A stretch of DNA of 63,289 bases from Leptospirales bacterium (GTDB lineage Bacteria > Spirochaetota > Leptospiria > Turneriellales > JAOUFE01). The stretch lies in assembly GCA_040326155.1 (NCBI GenBank), contig JBEQLE010000017.1, forward strand, positions 1 to 63,289, written 5' to 3'. A program made the translations under genes and the position numbers. Below the pieces are notes generated by a model. That model was not told the origin of the DNA, did not search any database, and saw only the letters and a list, made by a program, of their open reading frames with translations. Below are positions 33,087 through 44,906 of the stretch, piece after piece. Positions within the stretch are counted from its first letter, which is position 1. Every line of letters starts with the position of its first letter.

Positions 33087-33458
33087 ATGTCCGTAGATAA
33101 ACTTTTAGATGAAATAGGAAATTTGACTTTGGTACAAGCTGCTGAGCTTGTAACTAAAATGGAAGATAAATTCGGTATCTCGGCTGCGGCTCCAGTTGCA
33201 GTTGCTGCTGCCGGTGCAGATGCAGGCCCAGTTGTTGAAGAGCAGTCTGAATTCACCATTATTTTCGAGTCTTTTTCTGGCGACAAGAAAGTTGACGCTA
33301 TTAAAAAAGTGCGTGAGATCACAAGCCTTCCGCTGATGGATGCCAAAAAAATGGTTGAAGGCAGCGACGGAACATTAAAAGAAAATGTTCCTAAAGAGGA
33401 AGCAAACAAGATCAAGTCTGAGTTAGAAGCTTTAGGCGCCAAAATTGCATTAAAATAA
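33087..33458 (+). CDS. rplL: 50S ribosomal protein L7/L12
   Basis: 'EDKFGISAAA', 'AIKKVREIT', 'AKKMVE'. Confidence 0.97.
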   Translation: MSVDKLLDEIGNLTLVQAAELVTKMEDKFGISAAAPVAVAAAGADAGPVVEEQSEFTIIFESFSGDKKVDAIKKVREITSLPLMDAKKMVEGSDGTLKENVPKEEANKIKSELEALGAKIALK

Positions 33459-33505
33459 AATCAGGTAATCAGAATTGCATTACCTTTCATTTCTTTTGAA
33501 AAAGA

Positions 33506-33557
33506 AAAGTTTATCTCTCGGGGGCTTTTTTCAGCTTGTACGAGAGGTAAACTTTTT
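33506..33557 (+). terminator. rplL-rpoB intergenic attenuator-like hairpin
   Basis: AAAAGTTTATCTCTCG..CGAGAGGTAAACTTTT followed by T-rich sequence. Confidence 0.55.
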
Positions 33558-33608
33558 GTATTTAAAGAATTACTTTTTGGTTAAACAACAATACAGGTGA
33601 GGTCGCCC

Positions 33609-36600
33609 ATGGATAATGAAGCAGTTATAAATATTTCTACAGCGAATCCCGAATACTCATTGGTTAATTTCGGAGCCATTACTAAAATATTGGAAATCCC
33701 GTCATTAATTCAAATACAAGTGGATTCGTACAAAGAGTTTTTACAACATAATGTTAAAGCTGAAAAACGGGGTCCTTCGGGGCTTCAATCCGTGTTTGAA
33801 GAGTCCTTTCCCATTGAGAGCTCAAACGGTGATGTCGTTTTAGAATTTGTCGGGTATGAACTTGGCAAGCCAAAAAACAGCGTCTGGGATTGTAAAATAA
33901 ACGGAACTTCTTATTCGGCCCCTTTAAAGGCTGTTATTCGTTTAATCGCAATGGAAACCGGCGAGGTTCGAGAGCAAGAAGTCTACATGGGTGATCTTCC
34001 GTTTATGACCGAAAACGGAACCTTTGTTATAAATGGCGCTGAAAGGGTTGTTGTAAACCAGCTTCACCGCTCACCAGGTATTTTTATTTTTTATGATGGC
34101 GGAAAAGATTTATACTCTGCTCGTATTATTCCTGACCATAAAGGTTCCTGGCTGGAATTTGAAATGGACACAAAGGGTGTTTTAATAGCTCGAATTGACC
34201 GTCGGAAAAAATTCCCCTTTACTTTATTGGTAAAAGCCCTCGGAGCTAATTCTAACGAAGATGTTTTACGGCTTTTTTATGAGGCTGAAAAAATTTCCTT
34301 TAAGGGAAGCCAAATGAAAAACCTTCTGAAACATGCAGGAAGAAGGGTTCTAGCCGATATTGTCCATCCAGAAACCGGTGAAATTGTTTTAGAAGCCGGT
34401 GGAACTTTAAACGATGATAATATAGATATAACTAAAGAAGCAAAAATTGATTTTATTGAGGTTTATGCAAACCAGGATTTAATCGACGATGCTTTGATTA
34501 TTCGAAGTCTTGAAAAAGACGGTGTGAACACAACAGAAGAAGCGCTTGTCGAATTTTTGAAAATTCAACGACCTCTTGAATATTCCGCTGAGCATGGCGA
34601 CCCTGAAAAACGGGCAAAAAATGTGGAACGCGCACAGGCTGAACTTGAACGCTTGTTTTTTGAACGCAAAACATACAATATGGGAATGGTGGGTCGTTAT
34701 AAAGTTAATGCCAAGTTTCAACACCTTAATCCAAAAGAGTTTAGTGATAAAGTCACCGACAAAACTCTAAGACCCATTGATATTATAGAAACCCTGAAAT
34801 ACCTTGTGAATGTTATTAACGAAGTTTCAGGTTACCAGGCTGATGATATTGACCACCTTGGTAATCGACGGGTTCGTACGGTAGGCGAGTTGTTAACCTT
34901 ACAGTTAAAAACAGGTTTTACCCGTATGGAACGTGTGGTTAAAGAGCGTATGAGCATGAACGATGTTGATGTGATGACTCCGCAACTGCTTATTTCGATT
35001 AAACCGATTACGGCTGTTGTTAACGAATTTTTCGGTACCAGTCAACTTTCTCAATTTATGGACCAGACCAACCCGCTTGCTGAATTGACTCATAAGCGAC
35101 GTCTAAATGCGCTAGGGCCCGGTGGATTAACCAGAGAGAGAGCCGGTTTCGAAGTTCGCGACGTTCACTATACTCACTATGGCCGTCTTTGTCCCATTGA
35201 AACCCCTGAGGGACCGAATATTGGACTTATAACTTCAATGGCTTCCTATGCCAGACTAAATCCATATGGATTTTTAGAAACTCCTTATCGTTTAATTAAA
35301 GCCGGTAAAGATACCGGAAAACATGTGTATATTTCTGCTAACGAAGAAGATCATAATGTCGTAGCTGAAGCCAATGCGAAACTCGATGAAAACGGGAAGT
35401 TTGTAGATAAACTTGTCAGTTGTCGTTATCGTGGAGACTTTCCATTAAAAGACCCCGAAGAAATTCAGTTGATGGATGTTGACCCTATGCAGGTAATTTC
35501 TCTTTCAGCCGGGTTAATTCCTTTTCTGGAGCATGATGATGCGAACAGGGCTCTAATGGGTTCGAACATGCAGAGACAGGCTGTTCCTCTTTTGAATCCT
35601 GATATGCCTTATGTCGGCACCGGCCTGGAAAGGCCGATTGCGTATGACTCAGGTGTTTGTGTTATTGCTGATAAAAGCGGTGTTGTTATAAAAGTGGATG
35701 GTGACGAGATTATTGTAAGAAATGACGATAAAACTGAATCTGTCTATATGCTCGCAAAATATAAAAGAACAAACCAGAGCACATGTTTAAACCATATTCC
35801 GATTGTAGATGTTCACCAGGCTCCAGAAACCGGAGTAGTGGGGAAAATTACACCGGATGAATTAGAGTTTGTTGGCGAAAGTGGTAAAAAGTATTTATAT
35901 TCTTTAAAAACAGACCAAGGCGTACTGAGGCCATTGGTTAAAACAAAAGATACGGTGCAACCTGGAGAGCTTCTTGCAGGAGAAGTTGTTATAGGTCGTG
36001 ATGCTGACAAAACCGGAAGTAAAAGAAACGCAACTGTACTTGCCGATGGTCTTGCAACGAATAAAGGTCGCTTAAGTCTCGGGAAAAATATTCTCGTTAC
36101 CTTTATGCCTTTTGACGGTTACAATTTTGAGGATGCGATTGTTATATCCGAGAAACTTGTAAAAGAAGAAGCATATACTTCTATTCATATTGAAGAGTTT
36201 GAAATTCAAGCCAGAGAAACCAAGCTTGGACGAGAAATTATTACTAGAGATATACCAAATATCAGCGAAAGAGCGTTTCGTGACCTGGATGACGAAGGAA
36301 TTATTCGTATTGGCGCTGAAGTAAAAGCGGGCGATATTTTAGTTGGTATGGTAACGCCGAAAGGTGAAACCGACCTGACTCCGGAGTACAGACTTCTTCA
36401 CAGTATATTTGGTGAAAAAGCCAAAGAGGTTCGTGACAGTTCTCTGCGCGTACCAAATGGTCATAGTGGAATTGTCATAGACTTGAAAAAATTTACACGC
36501 GAAGCCGGTGACGATCTGCCTCCGGGAATTAGCGAATCTGTAAAAGTATATGTTTCCAGTAAACGTAAAATTCAAGTTGGCGATAAAATGGCGGGACGTC

Positions 36601-37346
36601 ATGGTAACAAAGGTGTAATTTCCGTAATTTTACCGGAAGAAGACATGCCATTTTTACCCGATGGAAACCCGATTGATATTATTTTAAATCCCCTGGGCGT
36701 ACCCTCCCGGATGAACCTGGGACAGATTTTTGAAACCCAGCTTGCCTGGGCCGGACGTTCGCTGGGACTTCATTTTGAAACTCCTGTTTTCGATGGAGCA
36801 AAATGGGAAGATGTTACCGACTATATGAAAAAAGCTGGTCTTCCAGAAGATTCGAAAATTGCTCTACGCGATGGAAGAACCGGAGAATACTTTTTACAAT
36901 CAGCCTTTGTCGGTGTTATTTATATGCTGAAACTTCACCATATGGTAGAAGACAAAATGCATGCTCGCTCGACGGGACCATATTCTCTTGTTACCCAGCA
37001 ACCTCTTGGCGGTAAAGCCCAGTTTGGTGGACAAAGACTTGGAGAAATGGAGGTCTGGGCACTTGAAGCTTATGGCGCAGCCCATACTCTGCAAGAACTC
37101 TTGACCGTTAAATCGGATGATATGCAAGGACGTGCGCGAGTGTATGAATCGATTGTGAAAGGAATTCATACCATTAAGCCCGGTATTCCCGAGTCTTTTA
37201 ATGTTCTCATTCGTGAAATTCGTTCGCTTGGTATCGATATTACCGTGGTTGATTCGGATGAAAATGACATTGAGATTACTGATTTTGAAGATGAGTTTAC
37301 TAAAGCTCGTAAAAAGATTCGCATTGACTCATTGCATAATGCATAA
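33609..37346 (+). CDS. rpoB: DNA-directed RNA polymerase subunit beta
   Basis: '[13 protein letters not shown]', '[12 protein letters not shown]', '[18 protein letters not shown]'; start 33597 (GTG) or 33609 (ATG). Confidence 0.99.
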   Translation: MDNEAVINISTANPEYSLVNFGAITKILEIPSLIQIQVDSYKEFLQHNVKAEKRGPSGLQSVFEESFPIESSNGDVVLEFVGYELGKPKNSVWDCKINGTSYSAPLKAVIRLIAMETGEVREQEVYMGDLPFMTENGTFVINGAERVVVNQLHRSPGIFIFYDGGKDLYSARIIPDHKGSWLEFEMDTKGVLIARIDRRKKFPFTLLVKALGANSNEDVLRLFYEAEKISFKGSQMKNLLKHAGRRVLADIVHPETGEIVLEAGGTLNDDNIDITKEAKIDFIEVYANQDLIDDALIIRSLEKDGVNTTEEALVEFLKIQRPLEYSAEHGDPEKRAKNVERAQAELERLFFERKTYNMGMVGRYKVNAKFQHLNPKEFSDKVTDKTLRPIDIIETLKYLVNVINEVSGYQADDIDHLGNRRVRTVGELLTLQLKTGFTRMERVVKERMSMNDVDVMTPQLLISIKPITAVVNEFFGTSQLSQFMDQTNPLAELTHKRRLNALGPGGLTRERAGFEVRDVHYTHYGRLCPIETPEGPNIGLITSMASYARLNPYGFLETPYRLIKAGKDTGKHVYISANEEDHNVVAEANAKLDENGKFVDKLVSCRYRGDFPLKDPEEIQLMDVDPMQVISLSAGLIPFLEHDDANRALMGSNMQRQAVPLLNPDMPYVGTGLERPIAYDSGVCVIADKSGVVIKVDGDEIIVRNDDKTESVYMLAKYKRTNQSTCLNHIPIVDVHQAPETGVVGKITPDELEFVGESGKKYLYSLKTDQGVLRPLVKTKDTVQPGELLAGEVVIGRDADKTGSKRNATVLADGLATNKGRLSLGKNILVTFMPFDGYNFEDAIVISEKLVKEEAYTSIHIEEFEIQARETKLGREIITRDIPNISERAFRDLDDEGIIRIGAEVKAGDILVGMVTPKGETDLTPEYRLLHSIFGEKAKEVRDSSLRVPNGHSGIVIDLKKFTREAGDDLPPGISESVKVYVSSKRKIQVGDKMAGRHGNKGVISVILPEEDMPFLPDGNPIDIILNPLGVPSRMNLGQIFETQLAWAGRSLGLHFETPVFDGAKWEDVTDYMKKAGLPEDSKIALRDGRTGEYFLQSAFVGVIYMLKLHHMVEDKMHARSTGPYSLVTQQPLGGKAQFGGQRLGEMEVWALEAYGAAHTLQELLTVKSDDMQGRARVYESIVKGIHTIKPGIPESFNVLIREIRSLGIDITVVDSDENDIEITDFEDEFTKARKKIRIDSLHNA

Positions 37347-37368
37347 GTATTAAGGATAGGAGCCCTTT

Positions 37369-40300
37369 ATGAAAGATTTCTACGATTTCAATAAAATCAA
37401 AGTAAGGTTGGCTTCACCCGATAGAATCCGGGAGTGGTCGTTTGGCGAGGTTAAAAAACCGGAGACGATTAATTATCGAACGTTGAAGCCCGAACGTGAT
37501 GGCCTATTCTGTGAGAAAATTTTTGGAACCACAAAAGAGTGGGAATGTTATTGCGGTAAATTTAAATCTATTCGATACAAAGGCGTTGTTTGTGATAAAT
37601 GTGGCGTCGAAGTAACCCACTATAAAGTTCGTCGCGAACGTATGGGACACGTTGAACTCTCTTACCCTGTTGCTCATATCTGGTATTATAGAACCGTTCC
37701 AAGTCGAATTGCTTTGCTTCTCGACATGTCGGCTAACGATATTAAAAGTATATTATATTTTGAAAGATACGTAGTTGTTGAGCCTGGTGATTCCGGGCTT
37801 GAATTTAAACAACTTATATCGCAAGATGAGTTTGATCAAATTATGGAGCAACATGGCGATAAGCTGTATGCTTCTATTGGCGCAGATGCGGTAAAAGAAC
37901 TACTTACTATATTAAACACAGAAGAAGAAATTCGAACACTTCGAGCGAAAATCGAAGAGAAAAAGAAAATTACGGATAAACGTCTTTTAAAGCGCCTAGA
38001 ACTTTTAGAAAGTTTTCGCGACAGTAGTAATCGTCCTGAGTGGATGATTATGGATGTTATACCGGTCCTACCACCGGAACTTCGTCCTATGGTTCAGCTT
38101 GAAGGCGGTCGTTTTGCGACTTCCGACTTGAACGACTTGTATCGCCGGGTGATCAACCGAAACAACCGACTAAAACGACTATTGGCTCTTAAAGCTCCCG
38201 ATATTATTGTAAGTAACGAAAAGAGAATGCTGCAAGAAGCAGTTGACGCACTTTTTGATAACTCTAGACGTAAAAAAGCAATTAAAGGAAAGGGCAATCG
38301 TCCTTTAAAATCGCTTTCAGATATGTTGAAAGGAAAACAAGGACGTTTTCGACAAAACCTTCTTGGTAAACGTGTCGACTATTCTGGACGTACTGTAATT
38401 GTAGTTGGTCCTGAATTGAAAATTTTTCAATGTGGACTACCAAAGAAAATGGCCTTAGAGCTGTTTAAACCTTTTATTATGAAATGGCTCGTAGAACACG
38501 AGTATACCCAGAATATTAAATCTGCAAAACGGATGATTGAAAACGAAGAGCGAGAAGTCTTCGCCGGTCTCGAAGAGGTCATTCATGAGCATCCAGTTTT
38601 ATTGAATCGTGCTCCAACTCTGCACAGACTTGGTATTCAAGCTTTTTTACCGGTATTGGTAGAAGGTAAAGCGATTCAACTTCACCCACTGGTTTGTCAC
38701 GCTTTTAATGCTGACTTTGATGGCGACCAGATGGCAATTCACGTTCCATTATCTCCGAGAGCGCAGCTTGAATCGTGGCTGTTGATTATGTCTGCCCATA
38801 ACCTGCTGAATCCGGCAAATGGACACCCCATTGTTGGACCTACCCAGGATATGACTCTTGGTCTATACTATTTGACCACAGAGCTTGTCGGAGCTCCTGG
38901 TGAAGGCAAACTTTACGACGATATCGATGAAGTTATGTATGCTTTGGATAAAGGTATTCTTGATATTCGTACTAAAATTCAGTTTCTTCATAAAGACAGG
39001 TTAATTGAGACCACTCCAGGTAAGTTGATCTTTAACGAACTACTTCCGACGGATTATCCGTTTATTAACCGTCCTTTGACGAATAAAACGGTAAATGATA
39101 TTATAACCGATCTCTTTAAAACAAGAGGAGCCGGGACTACAGTAAAATTTCTGGACGCTATTAAAAAACTCGGCTTTACGTATGCGACGAAGTTTGCGCC
39201 AACAATATCACTTGGCGATATTAAAATTCCAGAATCAAAACCTAAATTGATTGCAGCAGCAATGAAAGAGGTTGAGCGAGTGGAACAAGAGCACCGAAGA
39301 GGTGTAATTACAAACGACGAGCGTTATAAAAAAGTAATCGAAATCTGGACGAATACAAACGACCAGATTACGGAAAGTCTTTTCGAAATTTTGAAAAATG
39401 ACCAGAAAGGATTTAACCCGGTTTATACAATGGCGACATCCGGTGCCCGGGGTTCAAAATCGCAGATTCGTCAGCTTGCCGGTATGCGTGGTTTAATGGC
39501 AAAACCTTCGGGAGATATTATTGAGCTTCCGATTAAGTCGAACTTTAAAGAGGGTCTGGGTATTCTTGAATTTTTTATCTCTACCCACGGGGCTCGAAAA
39601 GGTCTGGCAGATACCGCCTTGAAAACAGCGGATGCGGGTTACCTGACTCGTCGACTTGTCGATGTTTCTCAGGATGTTATTATTCACGATCCAGACTGTG
39701 GAACTGTAGAAGGTATTTTTATAACAGCCGATAAAGAAGGCGATAAAACGATAGTCAGTCTGCGCGATAAAATTGTCGGGCGTTATTTGGCTCAAGATAT
39801 TAAAGATCCGAATACGGACGATATAATAATTGAAAGAAATACTTTAGTCGACGAAGAGATCTCCCAGAATATTGAAAGTATGGGTTATGAAGAGATTAGA
39901 GTTCGTTCTGCGCTTACATGTGAAGCTGAGATGGGACTTTGTACCAGCTGTTATGGTTTAGACCTTTCAACGTTGAGAATTGTAGAAAAAGGGGAAGCGG
40001 TTGGAATTATCGCAGCCCAGTCCATTGGGCAACCCGGTACGCAGCTTACAATGCGGACCTTTCACATTGGTGGAACAGCTACGACGAAATCAGTTCAAAA
40101 TTCAATTAAAGCTCCCTACGATGCAATTGTAAAACAAATTCAGGGTAAATTGATTAAAAATCGTGACGATAAAATGATAATGGCGCGTCGCGGTAGTGTT
40201 ATGCTTGCCCAGATTTTAACCGTTCACGATAAATCTGATATTTCGGATTACTCACTTAAAGACGGTATGAGAGTTATTCGTGGTGAGGTTATTGGTAAAG

Positions 40301-41649
40301 TTAAAGATGACGAAGGTAAACTCGTTCAGATTTATACGAAAGCCCCCGGTATTATTTATGAAGACGATAAACATATTTATGTTCTCGGTCAAGATTATAC
40401 TGCGGCGTTGCAAAGTGGCGCGGTAATTCACGTCAATGAAGGTGTTATGGTCAAAGACGGAACCCTGATTTGTGAATATGACCCGTTTAATACTCTACTT
40501 ATTAACTCAATGGCGGGACGTGTCGAGTACGCTGATATTGAAGAAGGTAAAAACTTAAAACAGGAAGAGAGTGAAACTTCTGACGTTGTAATGAAAAAAA
40601 TTGTACCTTATCGTGGTAAAAAACTGGCTCCCGTTATTCAGGTTTATGATAAAGGTAAACTGGTGGAAGCAATTTCTTTACCATCTGGGGCGATTATTAA
40701 TGTTGAAAATGGCGCTACCGTAAAAATTGGTGATATAATCGCTAAACTAGAAACCAAGGCTGAGAAAACTCGTGATATTACGGGTGGTCTGCCTCGTGTG
40801 GATGAACTTTTTGAAGCGCGTCACCCTAAAGACCCTTGCTATCTTGCAGATATTGATGGAGTAATTGTCGATAATGGGACAATCGTGCGGGAAAAAAAGG
40901 TCCTGAATATATTCCCCGAAGGTTTAACCGAGGATGAAGCGGAAGACCAAAAAGCTTCGATTGCTATTCCTTTAAATAAACAAATACTTGTACAAGACGG
41001 AGAAAGAGTCGAGAAAGGGGATATCCTTTCCGATGGAGTTCTTGACCCGCATGAAATTTTACGAGTACAAGGCGAAAATGCTCTGCAAAAATTCCTAATT
41101 CGTGAAATTCAAGAAGTATATCGTTTGCAAGGGGTTTTTATTCACGATAAACATATCGAGATTATTATCCGCCAAATGATGAGAAAACTTGAAATTTCCG
41201 ATGCGGGCGATACGCAGTTTGTCCCTTTAAGTAATGTCGATAAAATTATCTTTAAAAAAGAGAATGAGCGCGTTATTGAAGAGGGTGGAGCTGCTGCTGA
41301 AGCAGTACCGGTACTTATGGGGCTTACCAAAGCATCTTTGAATTCAGAGAGCTTTTTATCTGCCGCCTCTTTCCAGGAAACAACCAGGGTATTGACCGAT
41401 GCAGCCATTAAAGGCAAGGTTGACCCGTTAAAAGGATTAAAAGAAAATATTATTATCGGTCATCTTATTCCAGCCGGAACAGGGATGCGTGAATATCTAG
41501 AAGTTAAAGCGTATAAGAATGTCGTCGGAGACCTTTATTATACTAACCAGGAAATTGAAGAGATGAATTCACCAGAAGGGAAAAAAGACGAACTGCAAGA
41601 GCTGATTGTCTCTGGTCCCACCCCACCAGCTAAGGAAGAAGAGGAGTAA
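37369..41649 (+). CDS. rpoC: DNA-directed RNA polymerase subunit beta'
   Basis: 'NADFDGDQM', 'GKRVDYSGR', 'TQLTMRTFH'. Confidence 0.99.
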   Translation: MKDFYDFNKIKVRLASPDRIREWSFGEVKKPETINYRTLKPERDGLFCEKIFGTTKEWECYCGKFKSIRYKGVVCDKCGVEVTHYKVRRERMGHVELSYPVAHIWYYRTVPSRIALLLDMSANDIKSILYFERYVVVEPGDSGLEFKQLISQDEFDQIMEQHGDKLYASIGADAVKELLTILNTEEEIRTLRAKIEEKKKITDKRLLKRLELLESFRDSSNRPEWMIMDVIPVLPPELRPMVQLEGGRFATSDLNDLYRRVINRNNRLKRLLALKAPDIIVSNEKRMLQEAVDALFDNSRRKKAIKGKGNRPLKSLSDMLKGKQGRFRQNLLGKRVDYSGRTVIVVGPELKIFQCGLPKKMALELFKPFIMKWLVEHEYTQNIKSAKRMIENEEREVFAGLEEVIHEHPVLLNRAPTLHRLGIQAFLPVLVEGKAIQLHPLVCHAFNADFDGDQMAIHVPLSPRAQLESWLLIMSAHNLLNPANGHPIVGPTQDMTLGLYYLTTELVGAPGEGKLYDDIDEVMYALDKGILDIRTKIQFLHKDRLIETTPGKLIFNELLPTDYPFINRPLTNKTVNDIITDLFKTRGAGTTVKFLDAIKKLGFTYATKFAPTISLGDIKIPESKPKLIAAAMKEVERVEQEHRRGVITNDERYKKVIEIWTNTNDQITESLFEILKNDQKGFNPVYTMATSGARGSKSQIRQLAGMRGLMAKPSGDIIELPIKSNFKEGLGILEFFISTHGARKGLADTALKTADAGYLTRRLVDVSQDVIIHDPDCGTVEGIFITADKEGDKTIVSLRDKIVGRYLAQDIKDPNTDDIIIERNTLVDEEISQNIESMGYEEIRVRSALTCEAEMGLCTSCYGLDLSTLRIVEKGEAVGIIAAQSIGQPGTQLTMRTFHIGGTATTKSVQNSIKAPYDAIVKQIQGKLIKNRDDKMIMARRGSVMLAQILTVHDKSDISDYSLKDGMRVIRGEVIGKVKDDEGKLVQIYTKAPGIIYEDDKHIYVLGQDYTAALQSGAVIHVNEGVMVKDGTLICEYDPFNTLLINSMAGRVEYADIEEGKNLKQEESETSDVVMKKIVPYRGKKLAPVIQVYDKGKLVEAISLPSGAIINVENGATVKIGDIIAKLETKAEKTRDITGGLPRVDELFEARHPKDPCYLADIDGVIVDNGTIVREKKVLNIFPEGLTEDEAEDQKASIAIPLNKQILVQDGERVEKGDILSDGVLDPHEILRVQGENALQKFLIREIQEVYRLQGVFIHDKHIEIIIRQMMRKLEISDAGDTQFVPLSNVDKIIFKKENERVIEEGGAAAEAVPVLMGLTKASLNSESFLSAASFQETTRVLTDAAIKGKVDPLKGLKENIIIGHLIPAGTGMREYLEVKAYKNVVGDLYYTNQEIEEMNSPEGKKDELQELIVSGPTPPAKEEEE

Positions 41650-41695
41650 GAGATAAAGGCTTGACACCTTACCTCAAATAGGAGCTAACCTCATT

Positions 41696-41863
41696 ATGAA
41701 ACGAACATTTCAACCGTCTAACATAAAACGCAATAGAAAACACGGTTTTTTCAAAAGAATGTCTACAAAACAAGGACGAGCAGTCCTGAAAAGAAGACGT
41801 CAAAAAGGAAGACAAAAGTTAACCGTATCTGATGAACGGCGCCGTTTTCACATTGTGAAATAA
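41696..41863 (+). CDS. rpmH: 50S ribosomal protein L34 (55 aa; absent from the ORF track)
   Basis: Hand translation [55 protein letters not shown]. Confidence 0.97.
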   Translation: MKRTFQPSNIKRNRKHGFFKRMSTKQGRAVLKRRRQKGRQKLTVSDERRRFHIVK

Positions 41864-41872
41864 TTCCAGCAT

Positions 41873-42241
41873 TTGAAACAAAGAGAATTTTTCGCTTCCC
41901 TGAAAGATAAAAAACACATCGATTTGGTGTTTAAAAAAGGGCTAAAGCTCTACTCTAAAAACCTGCTGGCACGTTATATTGAAGTTCCATCGAATCGGTT
42001 TTTTCCATTAGGCGTTTTGTGGGCCGTTCCCAAAAAAACACGAACCGCCGTTGAAAGAAACCGATTAAAACGAGTCATGCGCTCGGCTATGTTTTTAGCC
42101 GCAGGCAATATGGACAATCTGGAAAGATCTACTTCATTTTATTTGGCAATTATACCTCGCATCGAGTTTGAAAAACTGCCCGAAAAAGAGAGGGTAGCCG
42201 AGATGAAATTTATTCTGGCCGATCTAATGAAAAATGGATAA
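41873..42241 (+). CDS. rnpA: Ribonuclease P protein component
   Basis: 'KK..TAVERNRLKRVMR' RNR motif; follows rpmH. Confidence 0.9.
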   Translation: MKQREFFASLKDKKHIDLVFKKGLKLYSKNLLARYIEVPSNRFFPLGVLWAVPKKTRTAVERNRLKRVMRSAMFLAAGNMDNLERSTSFYLAIIPRIEFEKLPEKERVAEMKFILADLMKNG

Positions 42242-42542
42242 TAAACAACCTTCGCAATATCGTTATAATAAACAGCGCTGGGGCATTCTGCGGTATTTTT
42301 TTTTAATGGTTATACGACTCTATAAGAAAATTCTTAGCCCCACGTTTGGCTCACAGTGTCGCTTTTATCCGACTTGCTCCTCTTACGCCCATCTTGTTTT
42401 TACCTATTACCCGATGTGGCGCGCGATACCTGCTGCGACTCTACGTATTTTTCGATGTAATCCATACCATGAGGGAGGAAACGATTTTCCGCCCGGCATT
42501 TCTAAAGAAGAGGCTAAAAGACACCTCAATGAAATCTCATAA
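42234..42542 (+). CDS. yidD: Membrane protein insertion efficiency factor YidD
   Basis: 'LSP....CRFYPTCSSYA', 'RIFRCNPY..GG.D'. Confidence 0.93.
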   Translation: MDNKQPSQYRYNKQRWGILRYFFLMVIRLYKKILSPTFGSQCRFYPTCSSYAHLVFTYYPMWRAIPAATLRIFRCNPYHEGGNDFPPGISKEEAKRHLNEIS

Positions 42543-42651
42543 CGATTGACACGCCCGGTTTAAGAAAATTTCTGGATGAATCTAGGTACTATATAATATT
42601 ATCAAGAATATTTGTAATTGATCCAGGGTAGGAAAATAGAGAGGATATACT

Positions 42652-42743
42652 AAGGAAAGCAGGAAAGTAGGAATGCATGAAAAGATAAGGAAAAGAGAAA
42701 ATTATTTTTAACTTCCTTACTTCCTTCTTTCATGCCTTCCTTG
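42652..42743. repeat. Purine-rich/pyrimidine-rich imperfect inverted repeat
   Basis: AGGAATGCATGAAAAGATAAGGAA versus TTCCTTCTTTTCATGCCTTCCT. Confidence 0.6.
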
Positions 42744-42860
42744 TTTAGATTTTTTATAAAGAAATTCAGGCTGAGAGAGTGTGAACTTCAGACATCTATG
42801 TTTGGTTGTTATGCCTGACCTTGTCAGTTGCAAATAAAATGAAAATTAACGGAGAAAAAT

Positions 42861-43277
42861 ATGAAAGAATATACATTTATAATGATTAAACCCGACGGTG
42901 TGGCTGATGGTCATACTGGAGCAATTTTAGAAAGAATTGAAAAAGAGGGCTTTAAGATTAAAGCTTTAAAGATGCTAAATTTGAGTTTAAAGCAAGCTCA
43001 AAAATTTTACGAGGTTCACAACGAACGTCCTTTTTACGGCGAACTTACTGAATTTATCGCGTCTGGACCAGTTGTTGCGGCATGTATCGAGCGAGATAAT
43101 GCAGTTGCACATTGGAGAGAAGTTATCGGCGCAACCGACCCGGCTGAAGCAGCGGACAATACAATTCGAAAACTCTATGCCAGGTCGAAAGGTGAAAATG
43201 CAGTACATGGCTCAGACTCCGTAGAAAATTCTGCAATTGAAGCTGGCTTCTTTTTCAACGGGTTAGAACTAAATTAA
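42861..43277 (+). CDS. ndk: Nucleoside-diphosphate kinase
   Basis: 'MIKPDGV', 'GATDP', 'NAVHGSDS'. Confidence 0.97.
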   Translation: MKEYTFIMIKPDGVADGHTGAILERIEKEGFKIKALKMLNLSLKQAQKFYEVHNERPFYGELTEFIASGPVVAACIERDNAVAHWREVIGATDPAEAADNTIRKLYARSKGENAVHGSDSVENSAIEAGFFFNGLELN

Positions 43278-43286
43278 AATCGTTTT

Positions 43287-44171
43287 GTGATTTCAACTAT
43301 TCTCGAAGATTTTCACAAACAATACCGTATATTACGGGATAACTGGGAGAGTCGGTTTATTTCCTGTCTGGAAGAAACCGGCTTTTCTCAAACGCCGCCC
43401 ATACTTCGTGAGGCGATAGAGTACTCTTTACATGCAGGTGGTAAAAGGTTGCGGCCTGTAATTTGCCTGGGTGTCTGCGAACATATAAAGTTACCCGAAC
43501 AATCGGCAATGTACATGGCCACGGCTCTTGAATGTCTTCACACCTACTCTCTGGTTCATGACGATCTGCCAGCCATCGACAATGACGATTTTCGCAGGGG
43601 AAAACCAGCAAGCCATAAAAAGTTTGGCGAAGACACAGCCATTCTGGTCGGCGACGCGCTGCAAAGCTTGAGTTTTGAGCTACTTGCAAAAGCCGGCTCC
43701 GGACCAAAGGTAATTGAATATTTCAGTCGAGCTGTGGGACCATCCGGTATGGTCGGAGGTCAGTTTCTGGACATTCACTCCAGTGGGCAAACGGAAGAGG
43801 ACTACCTTATTCAAATGCACAAAGGTAAAACCGGGCGTCTGTTTTGTACATCGGTAATTTTACCTTATTTATATAATGACCCTGATGTTACCATTGAACC
43901 GATGGAAGAGTGGACTCTGGAGTTGGGCCTTCTCTTTCAAGTGATCGACGACATACTCGACGCAACTTCTTCCTCTGAGAAATTAGGTAAAACCGCAGGT
44001 AAAGATAACCATCAAAGTAAACTGACTTTTGTCTCCGTTTACGGAGTAGAAAAAGCAAGAGAAATTGCCAGGAACATGAAAGAGTCTCTGCAGGAAAAAT
44101 CGTCTCAATTATTTCCCGGTTCCACTTTGCTGCAAAGCATTGCGGGGTACTTTTATTCACGAACCAGTTAA
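43287..44171 (+). CDS. ispA: Polyprenyl (farnesyl) diphosphate synthase
   Basis: 'GGKRLRP', 'SLVHDDLPAIDNDDFRRGKP', 'FQVIDDILD', 'GKTAGKD'. Confidence 0.92.
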   Translation: MISTILEDFHKQYRILRDNWESRFISCLEETGFSQTPPILREAIEYSLHAGGKRLRPVICLGVCEHIKLPEQSAMYMATALECLHTYSLVHDDLPAIDNDDFRRGKPASHKKFGEDTAILVGDALQSLSFELLAKAGSGPKVIEYFSRAVGPSGMVGGQFLDIHSSGQTEEDYLIQMHKGKTGRLFCTSVILPYLYNDPDVTIEPMEEWTLELGLLFQVIDDILDATSSSEKLGKTAGKDNHQSKLTFVSVYGVEKAREIARNMKESLQEKSSQLFPGSTLLQSIAGYFYSRTS

Positions 44172-44172
44172 G

Positions 44173-44898
44173 ATGCGTTTAGACGAATGGCTTATTGAAC
44201 ATGGTTTAGCTCCCGATCAATTTACGGCTCGCGGTCTTGTGCTTTCCGCCAAAGTTCTTGTGAACGACGAACCCATTACAAAAACAGGACACCAGGTCGA
44301 GGAACAAGATGTTGTCAGGGTTCGAGCAGAAAAAGAGTGGGTTTCCAGGGCGGGCAATAAACTTCGTCCGGCACTCGATCAATTTAATTTCTCGGTTAAA
44401 AATTCAACTTTTGTAGATTTCGGGGCTTCTCATGGTGGTTTTACCGAAGCACTTTTACAATATGGCGCCAAAAGAGTCGCCGCTGTTGACGTAAGTTATG
44501 GTATATTGGTCCCCAAACTTCGTAACAACGATCATGTTCAAGTTATTGAACGCACCCATGTTTGCGAGTTAACACCCGAAAAGCTCGACTTTACCGCAGA
44601 TTATTTTGTAGCTGATCTCTCTTTTATTTCACTTCGCAAAGTCTTAAAATGTGTCAAAACCAATTTTCCAGTCTGGGAGGGTATAGCCCTTTTTAAACCC
44701 CAGTTTGAAGTTCCCCGCGAAGAACTTCTGAAAGGTATCGTTAAGAACGAAACATATCGGGTTAACGCTATTTCAGACTTTAAGAATTTTTTAATACGTT
44801 CTCAAATCTCCGAAATTGCTTCCATCGATTCATCGATAAAAGGTTCAAGCGGAAACCTCGAAGTTTTGTTTCATCTGAAATGGGGTGACATAAAGTAA
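44173..44898 (+). CDS. tlyA: TlyA family rRNA methyltransferase
   Basis: S4 domain 'RLDEWL', 'VSRAG.KL', 'DFGASHGGFT', 'DLSFISL', 'KPQFE'. Confidence 0.92.
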   Translation: MRLDEWLIEHGLAPDQFTARGLVLSAKVLVNDEPITKTGHQVEEQDVVRVRAEKEWVSRAGNKLRPALDQFNFSVKNSTFVDFGASHGGFTEALLQYGAKRVAAVDVSYGILVPKLRNNDHVQVIERTHVCELTPEKLDFTADYFVADLSFISLRKVLKCVKTNFPVWEGIALFKPQFEVPREELLKGIVKNETYRVNAISDFKNFLIRSQISEIASIDSSIKGSSGNLEVLFHLKWGDIK

Positions 44899-44906
44899 AA
44901 CCTTGC

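Noticed and set aside
33065..41417. Short antisense or alternative-frame ORFs inside rplL, rpoB, rpoC and other long genes
   Set aside because: Shadow ORFs with no recognisable motifs.
42767..42820. TPP riboswitch upstream of ndk (GCTGAGA)
   Set aside because: Downstream conserved CCTGAT/TAAT/GCGNAGG elements are absent.
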